From contig OX597814.1 of the NCBI GenBank assembly GCA_951406725.2, positions 80,166,001 through 80,230,000 on the forward strand: DNA of 64,000 bases, written 5' to 3'. The position numbers were made by a program, and so were the translations under genes. Every line of letters begins with the position of its first letter. Positions within the stretch are counted from its first letter, which is position 1. Under the pieces are notes generated by a model that was not told where the DNA came from, did no database searches, and was given only the letters and a program-made list of their open reading frames with translations. Source of the stretch: Octopus vulgaris. Its lineage: Eukaryota. Below are positions 62,779 through 64,000 of this stretch, piece by piece.

Positions 62779-62982
62779 ATGTGACCTCGTGAAGACCACT
62801 TGCATTTTTTTCCCTCTGTCCTCCCACCTCGGGATCTTTCTTTCTCCTATGTTTCCGACGAAGAGCTCCGCTCAAAACGTCATACCCTCCTTCTTCCCTT
62901 CTTTCCTGAGCGTCCAATAATACTTTATTTGTTCCACATCCTCGCGTTGTTGTCTTTTTGTTTTCGTGTTTGGATTAACTTT
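62779..62982 (+). mobile_element. (TA)n-terminated ~200-bp element with a degenerate minimal hammerhead (62851-62885)
   Basis: GTTT-CCGACGA-A-GAGC-TCC-GCTC-AAAA-CGT-C-ATAC. Homologous to 25535-25740. GAAA is mutated to AAAA. Confidence 0.7.
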
Positions 62983-63313
62983 ATATATATATATATATAT
63001 ACATACATATATACATACATATACACACACACACATATATACAAATATACATTTATGCAAGTATATATTTATAAATGTGTATGTATGTATGTACGTATGT
63101 AACGTATGTATGTATGTATGTATGTATGTGGTGCTACTGAGTTAGACCTGGCCTGGGCCTATACTGGCCGAAAACTATCAAAGTTATCGAAGTTATATAT
63201 ATATATAAATATACTACTAACAATATAGGATGAAGTCCCTTTCTCTACAGAAAAGGAATCCATCAGGAAGCGTGGCAGTATATTAAAAAAACCGTTACGG
63301 TTGAAGTATAAAC

Positions 63314-63366
63314 ATCATATAATTAAGGGCTAAAGAGGGTAGCCCTCTTTAGCCCTTAATTATATG

Positions 63367-63368
<2 letters not shown>
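63314..63368. repeat. Perfect 26-bp hairpin with a 3-nt loop next to (TA)n
   Basis: ATCATATAATTAAGGGCTAAAGAGGG-TAG-CCCTCTTTAGCCCTTAATTATATGAT. Confidence 0.9.
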
Positions 63369-63432
<64 letters not shown>

Positions 63433-63810
63433 AGGTTTGGAGATGTTGTACAGGTATTTTATATTAGAAGAAATGAGGTACTCAGAAAATCGGATGGTTT
63501 TATATTTACAGATATTTGTTTGTATATTACATGTTTTTATACATCATATAACTTAGATCATGTATTAGCACTTTCTCCCATTCTAGTGGGTTTCCAAATC
63601 AAACTAAGTTCCTGTGTGAAAGGTTTTGACCATTTTATAGTGGTATTGAGTTTGTAGGAATATAAGACAATTCAAGTGGGTGATGAATGAGGAGAAAGTG
63701 AGAGAGAGTTAGAGAGAGAGAGCATGTGTTCGTGTGTGTGTGTGTGTTTTTTGTGTGTGTGTGGAGGGGTGTCTGTGAGTTTGGAGAAGGGAAGAAAGGA
63801 GAAGAGGAAA

Positions 63811-63888
<78 letters not shown>

Positions 63889-64000
63889 ACATATATAAAT
63901 AACATAAAGGTGTCAGATCTTGTCTGCACGTAGTTGCAGATATTTAAGAAAGAAAACTATATAAAAACGCATAGGAGCTCTGTATAATAAAATTTATGTT

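Overview
Repeat-dense, AT-rich animal genomic DNA. The tRNA-derived SINE families and the heavy (TA)n/(TG)n/(TAA)n load suggest a cephalopod, probably Octopus (inference). No host protein-coding exon could be supported, and most short ORFs in the track are microsatellite artefacts. The main feature is a very young ~8.8 kb Penelope-like element (PLE) insertion at ~45125-53957, with both ends in (TA)n. It consists of a full unit on + (pseudo-LTR, 430-aa ORF1, RT plus GIY-YIG frame, pseudo-LTR) and a 3.7 kb inverted, 5'-truncated copy on -, joined by a 3-nt microhomology. ORF1 overlaps the RT frame, and a T_TTT_TTT heptamer sits in the correct phase for a -1 ribosomal frameshift (~1175-aa fusion). 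Each pseudo-LTR carries a minimal hammerhead ribozyme. Other short (TA)n-anchored units carry hammerhead motifs, including one canonical type I motif at 60515-60572. Also present are degenerate mariner, Sola3-like, L1/Tx1-like, R4/Dong and RTE remnants, three hAT MITEs with 8-bp TSDs, many SINEs, and an unusual number of inverted repeats and palindromes next to (TA)n tracts.
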